The notes: a model not told the origin generated them from the letters alone. Shown: positions 23,683-35,685, numbered from the whole stretch's first letter. The stretch: 63,412 nucleotides of DNA, filler included, from Octopus bimaculoides (GCF_001194135.2; 3 parts of 3 records of this genome joined end to end with filler, not necessarily neighbours in it), one strand, 5' to 3'. Program-made: numbers and translations.

Positions 23683-24539
23683 GAAGCTTCAGGAGGCGGG
23701 GTTTCTTGTCGTCGTCGCTGTGATGATAGATCATGACGATGATGTTAATGCTGATTACCATCATCATCATCATCATTGTGGTCATCGTGGTCGCCGTCTT
23801 CGTCCTGTCGTTGTCGCTCCATCGTCGTCCTTCTCGACGTTGAAATTGCGTCGTTGCTCGTCCTGTCGTTTTTCTCCTTTATCATGTATTGAATAATGTT
23901 TTACTGAACTTAATTACCCAAATTCTGTTAAGCAAATACTCATTAAAACATTAAATTAGTATAGAATTAAGAGCTTCAAATATCGTAAGGGTTCGAATTT
24001 GAATAAATACTTTACATGCTCCAGTATTTGGTCCACAAGCGTGGTGTATCTTTTCTGTGTCTTTTCTATCGTTACTCTAATGTTTCCTGTTTCTTAGAAC
24101 TGGCTGGTCTCCAACCTCCATAATTCACGCATCCTCTCGACTATTTTGCTCTGTCTTTTGTTTCCAGAACATCGTTCCCTTGGAAATTTTTCTCTGCTTA
24201 TGTCTTTTCTGCTATAGTTCAAGCACAACATTATAAGCATCAAACTCACCGGAGGTATGAGTTGCCTTGGCGCAGTCGTTTTGGCGCCACTTATATGATA
24301 TCGCCAATTCGACGTTAACTTATTTGACATCAGATGACTTAATGCTTTCCTCCCCCCCCCCATCTTTCTCTCTCTCTGTCTCTAACTCTGATTATCTAAT
24401 TACGCTTGCACATATGTGTAATGTCTCCCTCTTTCTCTCGCTTCGTCTCTCACTCTGGATGTGTATACTTCTTTGCGCACATTCGTATATATTTGTTTCC
24501 TACACCAAAACTTAGTATACGACACTAAAAGAATAGGGA

Positions 24540-25400
24540 AGGAAAAAAAGTGATAGTGTACTTGCGACCCCCTCCCCCAAGTACAGGAGGACCTCTAGGG
24601 ATAATCGAGGAACCCCATCATCCGAGGTCACCCTGAATACCAATGACGAGTGTCCTCTCCAACTCCTTTCCTCCGACTCACAGGTCTACACTGAGAGTGC
24701 TACCATCCACTCTTGCCATTTTCGCAACTTTCACCCACCTTTTCACAAATACACTCGAGAACAGCACCTCCCTGTCCACCCTCACTTTTCATTTCAAGTA
24801 AAACTAGAAACAGTCGATGAGGGCTATACCAAAGAGGAATGTTTCTGACCTCATTCCTTTCAGCCTTGCGCACCAGAAAACCTCTTTAGCCAAAGCCACC
24901 AGACAGAGGGAAACTACCTTGCCTGCCCGATTAAAAGGAGGGCGGTGGAGCAATCATCGTTATGGATTTAGCTGACAGACGGATCCGTCCCACACGTGAC
25001 ACCAGCTGTTCAACATAACTCCACAAGTCAGCAATGCCTGGACACCGAATAAGTGGGTTCAGAACGGTTGCGTCGCTCTGCGAGTGCCTCGGAAAGCCCT
25101 TCTGACATCACATCCGTGCTTGTAGCGTTTATCTCGAGCTGATTCACCCCACCCCACTCCAGTAGCACTGCTTGGCCAAGTTATCTGAAAATTATCCATG
25201 ATAGTTCCCGACCGGAAAGTCTCCCGGAACAGACTAGCCATTTCATTTTCGTTGGTGCCCAGAGTCTCCCCGTCACTAATCCTTTATAAATTTCCAAAGC
25301 AGAACATCCACTGATCCTATTGCCCGACTGGTAGAGGGATGTGGGCGCCTGACGATATGTTAGATACCAGGCGCCCAATCTCGGTCTTTTCTTCACCTAT
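24540..25400 (-). mobile_element. L1/Tx1-type LINE ORF2 C-terminal relic
   Basis: Frameshifted translation ...ARDKRYKHG...QSDATVLNPLIRCPGIADLWSYVEQLVSRVGRIRLSAKSI...EVFWCARLKG...KVRVDREVLFSSVFVKRWVKVAKM, a decayed zinc-knuckle region and C-terminus. Confidence 0.7.
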
Positions 25401-25415
25401 GAAGGAAACGGGCCG

Positions 25416-26348
25416 CGGAAAGACGTGCCTCATAAACGGAGCCTACACAAGCTCACCGTCTAGAAATCGGTGCAGGTGAGTCAGTCTAAAAGCATGTCTG
25501 TGCATTAGAATTTACAGCATAACTAATCCGTCACACAGAGGGCGTGGCAATAGAGTGACGATTATAAAAGTAAAATAAAATCACTACTGTACATGAATAA
25601 AAAAAAAAAAATGCCAGGAGAAACAAAAGCGAAGAAATACTAGTTCTAAACAGGTTCACTGCAAGCCGCACTTCAACAATAAGAGCTCTTAACTTCGACT
25701 GGTCTTTACTTATCACAGAAGTGGAAAAAAAAATAACACCTGCTTAGAAAAGAAAAAGAAAGAGCAAACAGAAATAATAGGTAAGTTTCACGAGCATTCT
25801 CTCCTCCACTTTATCATTATTATAATCGTGATCGTCTTCGTTGCTGTTGTCTTCGATGTCGTCGTTTTGTTATCGGAGTCAGCGTCAAGTTAAGGTATAA
25901 GTTTTAGAGACGGCAGTTCAGAGGCTTCAGGAAGGAAGTGGAGGGGGGTCTCGTCGTCGTCGCTGTGATAATTGATCATGATGATGATGATGATGTTGAT
26001 TATGGATATCGTGGTCGCCGTCGTTGTGTTCGTCTTATCACCGTCGTCTTCGTTGTCTTCCTGTCGTTTTTTCCTTTTTCCCTTATTGAACAGTGTTTTA
26101 TTAAACATCTCAATTATCCAAATTTTGTTAAGCAAATACCCATTAGAAAATTAAATAAGAACACAATTAAAATGTCCAAATACTTTACATGCTCCAGTAT
26201 TTGGTCCATATGTGTGCTGTCTCCTTTCTCTGTCTTTTCTGTCGCTACTCTAATGGCTCCTGTTACCTCCAACGTTCAAGCATCCTCTCGACCATCTTAC
26301 TCAGTCCTTTGTCTCCAAAATATCGTTCCCTTGGAATATTTTCTCTGC
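25416..26348 (+). repeat. Old tandem duplication, copy B (uninterrupted, ~933 bp)
   Basis: See copy A; the donor-like AG|GTAAGT is conserved in both (22210, 25781). Confidence 0.85.
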
Positions 26349-26989
26349 AACAATTCAAACAGAAAATCACAAGGGACTACACAGTCAATACCATGTAGCC
26401 ACAACAAAAGTTGCTGGAAAAATAGGTGAGATTGACTGATAAAAAGAACCCTAAAGAAACACCGCGAGCACTATACTGGCAAGGTACGTGCGCCACATTT
26501 GCTATATAGCAGACTAGCTTAAAATCCGCCCCACAAGGTGGCTTATAAGCTAGCTCCTGTGGAGGGCTCTTCATTAGGCCTTGGGCCCAACAATGACACT
26601 TCATGCATTCAGTACATATTAAATTTTATTAAACCTGAACAATATTTTTCAAGCAATGAATAATTTTCATCAAAGCAATGATATGGTTTGTCGACTCAGA
26701 ACTTATTGCAAAGCTGCATGATAACATTCTTTGTCTTCCCATTCGGGATCAGTACAAATAGCTTGTTTCCATTCTCTACCCTTGAACAACAAGCGTATAG
26801 CAGGCCGTAGGCAACAATAAACTTACCTTTTAAAAGTTCAACGATAATTCTTCTGCTGCCACTTAATTTAAAGACAATTTGATGTACATAGGGCCTTACT
26901 TTTCGGAAAAAAGAATTATTTGTATTACGTATCCAAACTCTTGTTCGTAGTTTGAAGGAAAATTACACCACTGTCGCTAAATACTATTT

Positions 26990-27800
26990 TAAAGTGCCAA
27001 TTTTATGGTTTGGTATTGCTCTAGATGTATTTGACCATAACTTGTTTTGCTGGAACTGCAATATGCCATCAGTGTAGCGCTTCACCTTCAATGTTTTTGC
27101 TCTCACAGGTTGTCTTAGAGTTTCAATAACAGTTTTGAACCCTTCATGGTACTTCATGTGAAGATATGCCCTTGCACTTTTTTCTTTTAGTTTTCTGTTG
27201 CCCTTTGGACCACTCGTCTATGCGGCTCAGATCTTTACGCAAAGTTAGAATATTGCCTTCAATTCTCCGTTTCCAAAATGGCTCCTTCTTTCCGTCTACT
27301 TTCTTCTCTTTCTTTCCAACCAGTTCACCTACTAAAATTGAAACGGATCTGATCAAGTCCCTTGTTTCCGTTCGATCTTTCGTTAGAATGTATTTCAGAA
27401 TCTCATCAACTTTTTGGGTCGCGAGTTTCACATTGTTACGGTCGAAGCTTCTTAAATTCACCAGCTTGGTCTCTATTCTTGTAATTATTATATCCTCGAT
27501 CTTATCCTGAAGTTTTTCTGTTCTTCAGTCATATTCTCTCGTAATTCAGGTTTTTCTACATTATATTGATTGGCCGGCCTCTCCTCACTACAATTTCACC
27601 CTGGTTGCACATTCGCTGATCTTTACCTACGTTATTCTCCTCGAGATTCTCACCACTACAGAAGCTTTTCCTAATACTGTCTCCGCCGATTTCTTTAGAC
27701 AAAATATGATGGTAGATTTCGACTGTTGGTTTAGCTGCTGCTGATGCTGCGGTATTAAATAGAGGAGTGGATTTGTGTCTACTAATACAAGCTGTTTGAT
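26990..27800 (-). mobile_element. R4/Dong-type (RLE) non-LTR retrotransposon, N-terminal ORF fragment
   Basis: LRSFDRNNVKLATQKVDEILKYI...KEPFWKRRIEGNILTLRKDLSRI...GFKTVIETLRQPVRAKTLKVKRY. Confidence 0.7.
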
Positions 27801-27934
27801 TGGACTGCTAGTTGATATGGCTGGCAGTCAATTAAGGGCGGGTGGCAGGAGATTTTTGAGAGTAGCGTCGCTAAGCTGGGAATACCATAGCTAAGATATA
27901 GAAGTTTATAAACAACATTTCACAGGTGGTGGTG

Positions 27935-28115
27935 GTTGTGAGTTGGCAGAATCGTTAGCACACTGGACGTAAAGCTTAGCAGCATTTTGTCTGTCTTTAC
28001 GTTCTGAGTTCAATTCCGCCGAGGTTGACTTCACCTTTCATGCTTTCAGAGTCAATAAAATAAACTACTTTGGAAGTATTGGGACTGATGATATCCATTA
28101 ACCTCCTCATCTTAA
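27935..28115 (+). mobile_element. SINE family A
   Basis: A-box TGGCAGAATCGTTAG, B-box GAGTTCAATTCC. Confidence 0.8.
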
Positions 28116-28184
28116 AACATAGAAACTAAATCAGAAACTATCTCCAAATGTTTTTCTTCAGGACATCTTATTTGTTAGTAAACG

Positions 28185-28280
28185 ATGGAAGCTGTAACCA
28201 ATTCTGTAAATGATAGTTTTGATACCGAGAAACCACCAACAAGTTGGCTGACAGAAGAGGATGTTTACAAAGAAATACAG
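28185..28280 (+). CDS. CARNS1: Carnosine synthase 1-like, coding exon 1 (32 aa, phase-0 donor)
   Basis: Acceptor TTTTCTTCAG|G (exon starts 28162), in-frame TAA just before the ATG, donor CAG|GTAAGT, frame-compatible with the next exon; this segment itself is not recognisably conserved. Confidence 0.65.
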
Positions 28281-28660
28281 GTAAGTATTTTCATACACTC
28301 AAGCGCAAACACACACGCGCACAACATATGTCTATCCCTGCTAGTAGTGCTAATATCCTGCTGTACAAATGATGAAAGATCACTAAATTAATTGATGTAT
28401 CTTACCTTGTCTTTGTAACCTGCCTTCAATAAGCCTTATTTTTTAAATCGTTTATTCATTCATTTATTAATTTACTTATAACTTAATAGTAATAAATATT
28501 TCCATGTAAAGTGGGCTAGTAATTTGTTTTCAGTGTATCACAAATCAAAACAGGTCAGAAACAGTTATATAGATATTCACTCGTTGGTTAGTTTGTTTAG
28601 AAAAAGAGAGAAATTCGTTATATTTTCCATTTATTTTCTTTTATTCGATTCCTGTTTTAG

Positions 28661-29039
28661 GAAGATGCTGAAGGTTTTGATGAGCACACATATCCGTTAT
28701 GGAATTACGAATCTTGGGAAGTTCCTGAAATTTTATCAAGCAATAATGAAGAAATTCCTCGACAATATTACAAAGCATTGCAGCATTCATTATTCGAAAC
28801 CGGTTTTCCAGAGACGCAAGACAGAACATCCAAAGTTAAGACTTTCTCCCATCAACAGGTTTCAATCACCATTTTATCATCTCCTGTTGAATGTCTGAGT
28901 GTTCTGTTAGAAGGAGGAGAACAATGTCCTGGAAATATGCTTCTGGTTCTTTCAGATTCCTGGCTTAGCAAGGAACCATCTTCTACACAAAGTTCCAAAT
29001 TCTCTTTGTACGTCAACAAGGCCATAGCTTTCTATAAAG
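28661..29039 (+). CDS. CARNS1: Carnosine synthase 1-like, coding exon 2
   Basis: YYKALQHSLFETGFPETQDR...ITILSSPVECLSVLLEGGEQCPGNMLLVLSDSWLSK...VNKAIAFYKG matches recalled vertebrate CARNS1 (GLPETQDR...VLLEGGVQSPGNMLL...VSKAVSF); TAG| acceptor, AG|GTAAGT donor, phase 1. Confidence 0.9.
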
Positions 29040-29119
29040 GTAAGTTGTTTAATCTGCTAATCTAGATTTCTGATCTCGTTTCCTGAGATGATCATTTCTT
29101 ATATTGGTTTCAAGTTTTG

Positions 29120-29320
29120 TCATTCAAAGCCAATAATTTTGGGGAGGGGAAAGTCAGTTACATCGACCCCAGTTTTCAACTGGCACTTATTTTTATCGAC
29201 TCTGAAAGGATGAAAGGCAAAGTCGACCTCGGCGGAATTTGAACTTAGAGCGCAAAGACGGACGAAATGCCGTTAAGCATTTTGTCCGGCGTGCTAATGA
29301 TTCTGTCAGCCCGTCGCCTA
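29120..29320 (-). mobile_element. SINE family A (intron 2, antisense)
   Basis: Complete head to core, GAAAGGATGAAAGGCAAAGTCGACCTCGGCGGAATTTGAAC. Confidence 0.85.
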
Positions 29321-29339
29321 CTCATATTACTAAAGCGAC

Positions 29340-29535
29340 AAGTTGGCAGAATCGTAATCGTACAAGACGCAATGCTTAGCAGCATTTCTTTCGACTTAAC
29401 ATTCTCAGTTCAAATACCGACGGGGTCGACTTTACCATTCATACTTGCGAGATAGATTAAATAAGTATCAGTTGAATTCTGGGATCGATGTAATCGACTT
29501 CCTCCCCTGAAATTTGTGCCAAAATTTGAAACTAA
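29340..29535 (+). mobile_element. SINE family A (intron 2, sense), head-to-head with the previous copy
   Basis: TTGGCAGAATCG...CAGTTCAAATACCG...GATCGATGTAATCGACTT...GTGCCAAAATTTGAAAC. Confidence 0.8.
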
Positions 29536-29959
29536 TTTTTATAACATGGCTATAATTCTCATTTCTGTAAGTTAATTTTAGTTTTTTTTTTTTACTTATT
29601 TCTAATATGTAATTTTTTAAAGCTGTTTTACAAGCAAAAATACCGTTAGAGAATTTGAAATATTTTCGGCTCCCTTCGTTACCTTCACTACATGTGTGTG
29701 TGTGTGTGTGTGTGTATGTATCATGTTGCTCTGAGAATGACATATGAATTACAAGCACAGTTTATTGTTTATTTGATGGGTTTCCACCCAGTTTCTGTCT
29801 ACTCTGATGGTCTGAGCTGATGCAAAACAGACATGCAGAAAATCGCTTGGTGGGATCGGACTCCAGGACCTCCTAATTGCTATACGAAACTTCCTGAAGA
29901 CTTGACTATGCCTTACAAAGAACATCACTCATTAAATTTCGCTTCTTCTATCCCAACAG

Positions 29960-30336
29960 GAGGCCACACTTGTCTAGAGACATATCAACCGCCACGTCGT
30001 GTGACGTACTTCGTCAATTTCTTCACGGCCAACTGCACTGGAAATGCACACACGGAAGGCGAAGCCCTTGAACAAGAATTGGACTGTCCTATGAGTAGTT
30101 CATTGAAGCTGTTGAATTATACCGATAACAAACTGCTGACTCGAACATTGGCTGCCCAGGCTGGCGTACCTTATCCTACCACGTTGGCATTTATAAAACA
30201 TTCTAACGTCGTATTGGATACGAGAGAGCTACGGATCACCGTCCAAATCATACCAGAAAACATTTCCGACAAACAACTGCAGTTGACCTTCAAGGATAAA
30301 ATCGAAGCGTTTTTAGCCACCCACAATTTCAGTAAG
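29960..30336 (+). CDS. CARNS1: Carnosine synthase 1-like, coding exon 3
   Basis: GGHTCLETYQPPRRVTYF...QELDCPMSSSLKLLNYTDNKLLTRTLAAQAGVPYPTTLAF matches recalled CARNS1 PPRRATYF...LTCP...EDRLLTRQLLAQQGGVAVPATLAF; CAG| acceptor, AAG|GTAAGT donor. Confidence 0.9.
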
Positions 30337-30407
30337 GTAAGTGTAAACGTTAGAAGCATACATGCATGCCGTTCAGAAGTTTATTTGCATATCTTCGTAT
30401 TTAAGCT

Positions 30408-30665
30408 AACTGGCGGCTTAGTAGTTAGGGTATTCGGTTAACGATCATAAAGTCGTGAGTTCGATTCCTGGCAGCGCATTTTTGTCCTTGAGCAAGATAC
30501 TTTATTTCACGTTGTTCCAGTTCACTTAGCTAACAAAAATGAATAGTACCTGCGATCCAAAGTGTCAGCCTTGTCACAACCGTAGTCATGCCGAATCTCC
30601 CTGTGAACTACCTTATGCATATGCGAGTCTGTGGAGTACTCAGCCACTTATACGTTAATTTCACA
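30408..30665 (+). mobile_element. tRNA-derived SINE family C
   Basis: tRNA-like head GGCTTAGTAGTTAGGG...GAGTTCGATTCC; core CCTTGAGCAAGATACTTTATTTCACGTTG shared with 39320-39430 and 60790-60910. Confidence 0.7.
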
Positions 30666-30962
30666 ATGAGCGCGTGCAAGTGCACATTCTGAAGTTGTTA
30701 CGGCTAAGATATGTCTGACTCAGCGCTCATTTAAATTAGACACCATAACCACGGCAACCAAATCCTTTTAAGTGTTTTGGTTCGAAGTCATGTCTTTCAA
30801 ATATCGTTATCATCCTCATCATCATTATCATCATCATCATCATCATCAGTAGCAGCAGCGGCAACAACAACAGCAACAACAATAATGGTTTCAAATTTTG
30901 GCACAATGTCAGCAATTTCGAGGGACGAATAAATCGATTACATTGACCCCAATGCTCAACTG

Positions 30963-31218
30963 TTTTCCCATACAACTTGTATCCATAATTTGTTTCATCC
31001 GTGAGTTTACTTAGAGGAAACGGTGCTAAGCAGAATAATGAAACTCCTTGAAAGATTCCACAATCAATATTGACTTGTCCAGAGTTTATATTTGTAGTGT
31101 CCGTATTGAGAATTAAAGTCGTTTTCCAGAGCTTAATGGTGTTGTGATACAAACTTCCTGATAACTGGTGAAAATTTGAACGTCTTCAGGCATTCCTCTA
31201 TCCAACTGTAAGGAAGAT
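30963..31218 (-). mobile_element. R4/Dong-type LINE reverse-transcriptase fragment in intron 3
   Basis: LPYSWIEECLK...KLWKTTLILN...IDCGIFQGVSLFCLAPFPLSKL...GYKL (RT IFQG motif). Confidence 0.8.
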
Positions 31219-31278
31219 TATCCCCCAGCCAAAAAAAAAAAAAAAAAAATTTCAGGCCTTGTGCTTATATTAGAATTG

Positions 31279-31505
31279 TTAGCACACTGGACGAAATACT
31301 TAGCGGTATTTCGCCCGTCGCTACGTTCTGAGTTCAAATTCTGCCGAGGTCGACTTTGCCTTTCATCCTTTCGGGGTCGATAAATTAAGTGCCAGTGAAA
31401 CACTGGGGTTGATGTAATCGACTTAATACCCTCCTCCAAGGTGCCCTTGTGGCAAAATTTGAAGCTACTACTTCTGCTATTATTATTATTATTATTATTA
31501 TTACT
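31279..31505 (+). mobile_element. SINE family A with (ATT)n tail; inverted partial copy at 30880-30962
   Basis: GTTCTGAGTTCAAATTCTGCCGAGGTCGACTTTGCCTTTCATCCTTTCGGGGTCGATAAATTAAG. Confidence 0.85.
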
Positions 31506-31712
31506 ACTACTACTACTCAGTAGTCTTATTTTTATAACGTGATTTCACTTCTCAACCGTGCGCATCTCTGTGTGCCTTGGGTATGTGCTGTGTTTTGTTG
31601 TGATGCTCTTATGGTTACTGTATTGAAAGTGTTTATTTTATGTACTTATTTTATGAAAACCAAAAATATATTAAAACATATATTATTCTTTTTATTTTTC
31701 TTCTCATTCCAG

Positions 31713-31881
31713 CTTGTTATAAAACTCTTTGGTCTTTCATGGTTTGGAAGTAAACTGGTGTCTTTCAACGAACCCAATGTGGAAGAATTAGTGGAAACCG
31801 CAGTTTCAGTTTACCATAGATTAGAAGAAAGTGACGCACTAATTTTAGAAGAATGCATTAACAACTTACCTGTCACTGAAG
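31713..31881 (+). CDS. CARNS1: Carnosine synthase 1-like, coding exon 4 (gene continues beyond it)
   Basis: LVIKLFGLSWFGSK...VEELVETAVSVYHRLEESDALILEE aligns with recalled CARNS1 VAVKLSGWRWRG...VVDTVLALLEKLEEEESVLVE; strong acceptor TTCTCATTCCAG|; donor AAG|GTGAAC (phase 1) is weaker. Confidence 0.8.
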
Positions 31882-31964
31882 GTGAACTCAATACCTTTGT
31901 CTAATATCATCTATATTATTATTTCATCAGTTGTTTATGTTTGATGTTTTGTCGCACTTCATCA

Positions 31965-32950
31965 GGACAGAGTGAACAATTCATAAGTTTAAAGATATCA
32001 CAAAAACTATGCTTGGAGATAAATCTATCAACAAAAAAAAAATACAGATGAATACAGAGCTGTTAGCCTCAAGAAGCTACGTTACGAGCAATGTTTACAT
32101 GCAGAAAACTCGGAGAGGGTGTTGTCTCAAACAATTAACCCTAAACAGACAAATCCGTCCCCTAATGCTAACGTCGAAGCTCGTTATGCCTCAATATTAA
32201 CAAAGCAAAATACAAATCAGATTGGCCATCGACCGGATCACAAAGGGTCACGTACTCGATATAGATCTATTTACCTTAGAAAGCTATGTTACGAGCAATC
32301 TTTACACGCAGAGAACTCGGAGACGGTATTGTCTCAAAAAAAAATGATCTAAAAAATCAAATCATGATTGAATGGCTGAAAATTAAAGAAACCAGTATGA
32401 ATGAACGTGATACTCTCCCCAAAATTCGCAATTCTGACCAAGATCTGAAAATGATTGGTAAAATACGCCTTGCATTTAAGGATGCAATTTCAGCTAATGA
32501 TGTTAATATTACAGATCTCAACCATCTGTACTATGCATCCGCGAAAATCTCAATGATTCTATGTGGTGAAAAGATTTGAAAACGACAACATTCCCACAAA
32601 AAGCCTTCTTAGCAAGAGCGTATTCAACACCAAATTAAGCTACTTAGGTCTGACATAGAATGTTTAAAAAACCTTAAGTTTGACAAGACTATCAAACCTA
32701 CAAAAACCCGAAAATTAAAGAAAAAATATAATATGAAAACTATATTTGACATTGATACCACCATAGAAACCATCAAGTAAATGGTATGTGCTAAAGCTAC
32801 CCGCATAGCAAGGTATGGAAAGCACGTTAGATTCTTCAAGGACAAATAGTGGAGAGCGAAGTACTGAAGATGAGAAACCTAATGCAGAGGAAGCTTGAAA
32901 GTTCTGGAGTAATATTTGGGACAAACCAGTCAATCATACTGGAGATGCAG
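31965..32950 (+). mobile_element. R4/Dong-type LINE N-terminal region, degenerate
   Basis: LPKI...NITDLNHLYYASA...QERIQHQIKLLRSDI...KATRIARY...KFWSNIW, with stops and deletions. Confidence 0.7.
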
Positions 32951-33864
32951 TATGGTGCATTTTTTACCTACACTGTATTACGAAGGAATAATAATAATAA
33001 TAATAATAATTCTTTGCACTATAGGCACAAGGCGTGAAACTTTGTCGAAGGAGGTAAGTCAGTTATATTGATCTCAGTGCTCAGCTGGTATCATCGACCC
33101 CGAAAAAATGAAAGTGTTTACTAACCATATGCGTATGTTAATAATCGAATTGTCCATTATCCTCTAACTCGCCCAAATCTGTGGCCTTCTGCCTGTGTTA
33201 TAAACCAATAGCTTCAATTATTTCCCCTACCCCCAAATCAATAGCATTATTTCATTTTATTTATTTTTCATTTATTTATTTATTATGAAACAGATTATAA
33301 TTGCCACATTAGAACAACAGTATGTCGGACATCAGATGACCTTCCACACATGTCAAAGGTTTGTTTGTTTGACTTTGTATCATTTGCGGCACATTTCAGC
33401 AATATCCAATCTATATTAATATCTATACCTGATGAATCCTCATGTATGTAAAACAAATTGTCCACAAAACATTAAAACAACAAGGGGATCTAATAATAAG
33501 GATCTAATTAGTTTGAAACAATCTATCTAGTTTTTACTAATCTCGCTAATCAATATTAAGCCAAGGAACCCATACATACAGGCCTGGCTTGCTATGATGA
33601 AACCAAGGCTTACTCAAATCACACACTATCATTTGTTTAAAGAAAATGCATATTAGGGAGTTTACATCTGGTGTGTTTATTTAAGTGTGTATGTAGATGT
33701 GTGTATATATATATATATATATATANNNNNNNNNNNNNNNNNNNNNNNNNNNNNNNNNNNNNNNNNNNNTTAATTAATTAANNNNNNNNNNNNNNNNNNN
33801 NNNNNNNNNNNNNNNNNNNNNNNNNATATATATATATATATATATACATATAGATATATATCTT

Positions 33865-34232
33865 GGCACTCCGTCGGTTACGACGAGGAGGGTTCCAGTT
33901 GAACTGATCAACGGAACAGCCTACTCGTGAAATTAACGTGCAAGTGGCTGATCACTTCACAGACACGTGTACCCTTAACGTAATTCTCGGGCAGGTTCAG
34001 CATGACACAGAGAGTGACAAGGCTGGTCCTTTGAATTACAGGCACAACAGAAACAGGAAGAAAAAGTGAGAGAATGTCGTGGTGAAAGAGTACAGCAAGG
34101 TTCGCCACCATCCCCTGCCGGAGCCTTGTGGAGCTTTAGATGTTTTCACTCAGTAAACACTCTCAACGCCCGGTCTGCGAATCGAAACCGCGATCCTACG
34201 ACCATGAGTCCGTTGCCCTAACCACTAGGCCA
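33865..34232 (-). mobile_element. SINE related to family C, near full length
   Basis: Minus-strand head AATGGCCTAGTGGTTAGGG...GGTTTCGATTCG; 3' region homologous to 30560-30665. Confidence 0.75.
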
Positions 34233-34242
34233 TTATATATAA

Positions 34243-34425
34243 GGTGAGCTTAGCGGCATTTCGTCTGTGTTTACATTCTGAGTTCAAATTTGACCGAGGT
34301 TGACCCTGCCCTTTATCCTTCGAAGTGGGCAAAATAACTACGAGTTGAGGACTGGGGGTCGATGTAATCGGCTTACCCCTCCCATGAAATTGCTGGCTTT
34401 GTGCCAAAATTTGAAACCAATAATG
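34243..34425 (+). mobile_element. SINE family A
   Basis: CTGAGTTCAAATTTGACCGAGGTTGAC...GTGCCAAAATTTGAAACCAATAAT. Confidence 0.75.
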
Positions 34426-34966
34426 TATATCTCTTTATAAAAGGCGTAGTTCACGTGCCCTTTGTGCCACTGCACTCCTCTTTTGTTCGTAGGAGTTGGT
34501 ATCACTAGAAACATCCAGATACTCTCATAAGAAGCTTATAGACAATATAACACCTGCCGGTAGAGGGCGTAGGGTGATACCAAATTTTTACACGAATGAT
34601 ATAACTTTTAGATGCTCGTATTTGGTTTTACGTAACTCAGATTTATGTGGAGAATAAATTATATTACGCAACATTTGTGCATCTCCCTTAAGGATGATAA
34701 AGATGGAAGTGAAGGGAAAATTTTGTGTCGTAAAACAAAACATCGGTCAGAGAGGCAAGTTGCCAACTCTTCACCTCTACACGGAACTCGTTATATAATT
34801 GTATACAATTATAAATAAGTATAATTCCATTGTGTATACAATAATGTGTGTTTAGAACAAATACACGTTTTCATTAGAAGCTAATATGACTGGTGTCCTC
34901 TTGCCGACACAAAAGTAAATACTGACTTCGACAGACACAAACACATGAAGAATCTGCAGAAAGAAG

Positions 34967-34969
<3 letters not shown>

Positions 34970-35025
<56 letters not shown>

Positions 35026-35057
35026 GGATAGATAGATATATGGATAGGGAGATAGAT

Positions 35058-35102
<45 letters not shown>
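34970..35102. repeat. Compound (GATA)n/(GA)n microsatellite
   Basis: Direct reading. Confidence 0.9.
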
Positions 35103-35107
<5 letters not shown>

Positions 35108-35640
35108 TTTAACTAACGGTAGATATATAAAGGAAAATAGAAAGGAATTATAAGTTGTTGGTATTTGAGCAAGTGACATTACAGTAAAAATAGAAACGAC
35201 AAATAATAGCAAGAAGGACATTGTAATACGTTCAGCATATCATCTTCTTGCTAGAACAACTAATTACACATCTCTATTTGAAACAACAGCCTTTGGGAAT
35301 TGCAATTCCAATACACCAAAATGTATACAGTAATGTCTTCAAGATGAGGAAGAAAGAATACGCATTCTCAAAGAAAGGAACCTTGTCGTTTCTATAAGTT
35401 TTAGTGTCCTTCCTATTCGTTCAGCTTGTTTACACTATTGTTCGTGATCTTGTTGTTGTTGTTGGTCTTGTTGTTGGTGATGATGATGGTGGGAGTGATG
35501 GTGGTGGAGCGGTGGTTACAAGTGGTTTTAATGCGATGACCTTGTTTTTGTTGATGGCACTATTCTCGTTTACTCAGGCTGTCGTAATTTCTGTTGAATC
35601 TGTGTAAATGTGAACGCGACTGTAAAACACGTGTGTATAC

Positions 35641-35685
<45 letters not shown>

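Larger units (their letters stand above)
21843..24197 (+). repeat. Old tandem duplication, copy A (interrupted by two insertions)
   Basis: Collinear with 25416-26348 at an estimated 70-80% identity once 22257-22389 and 22491-23682 are removed. Confidence 0.85.

Noticed and set aside
29833-30441. 202-aa ORF as a stand-alone gene
   Set aside because: Only 29960-30336 resembles CARNS1 and is bounded by splice sites; the flanks are intron read-through
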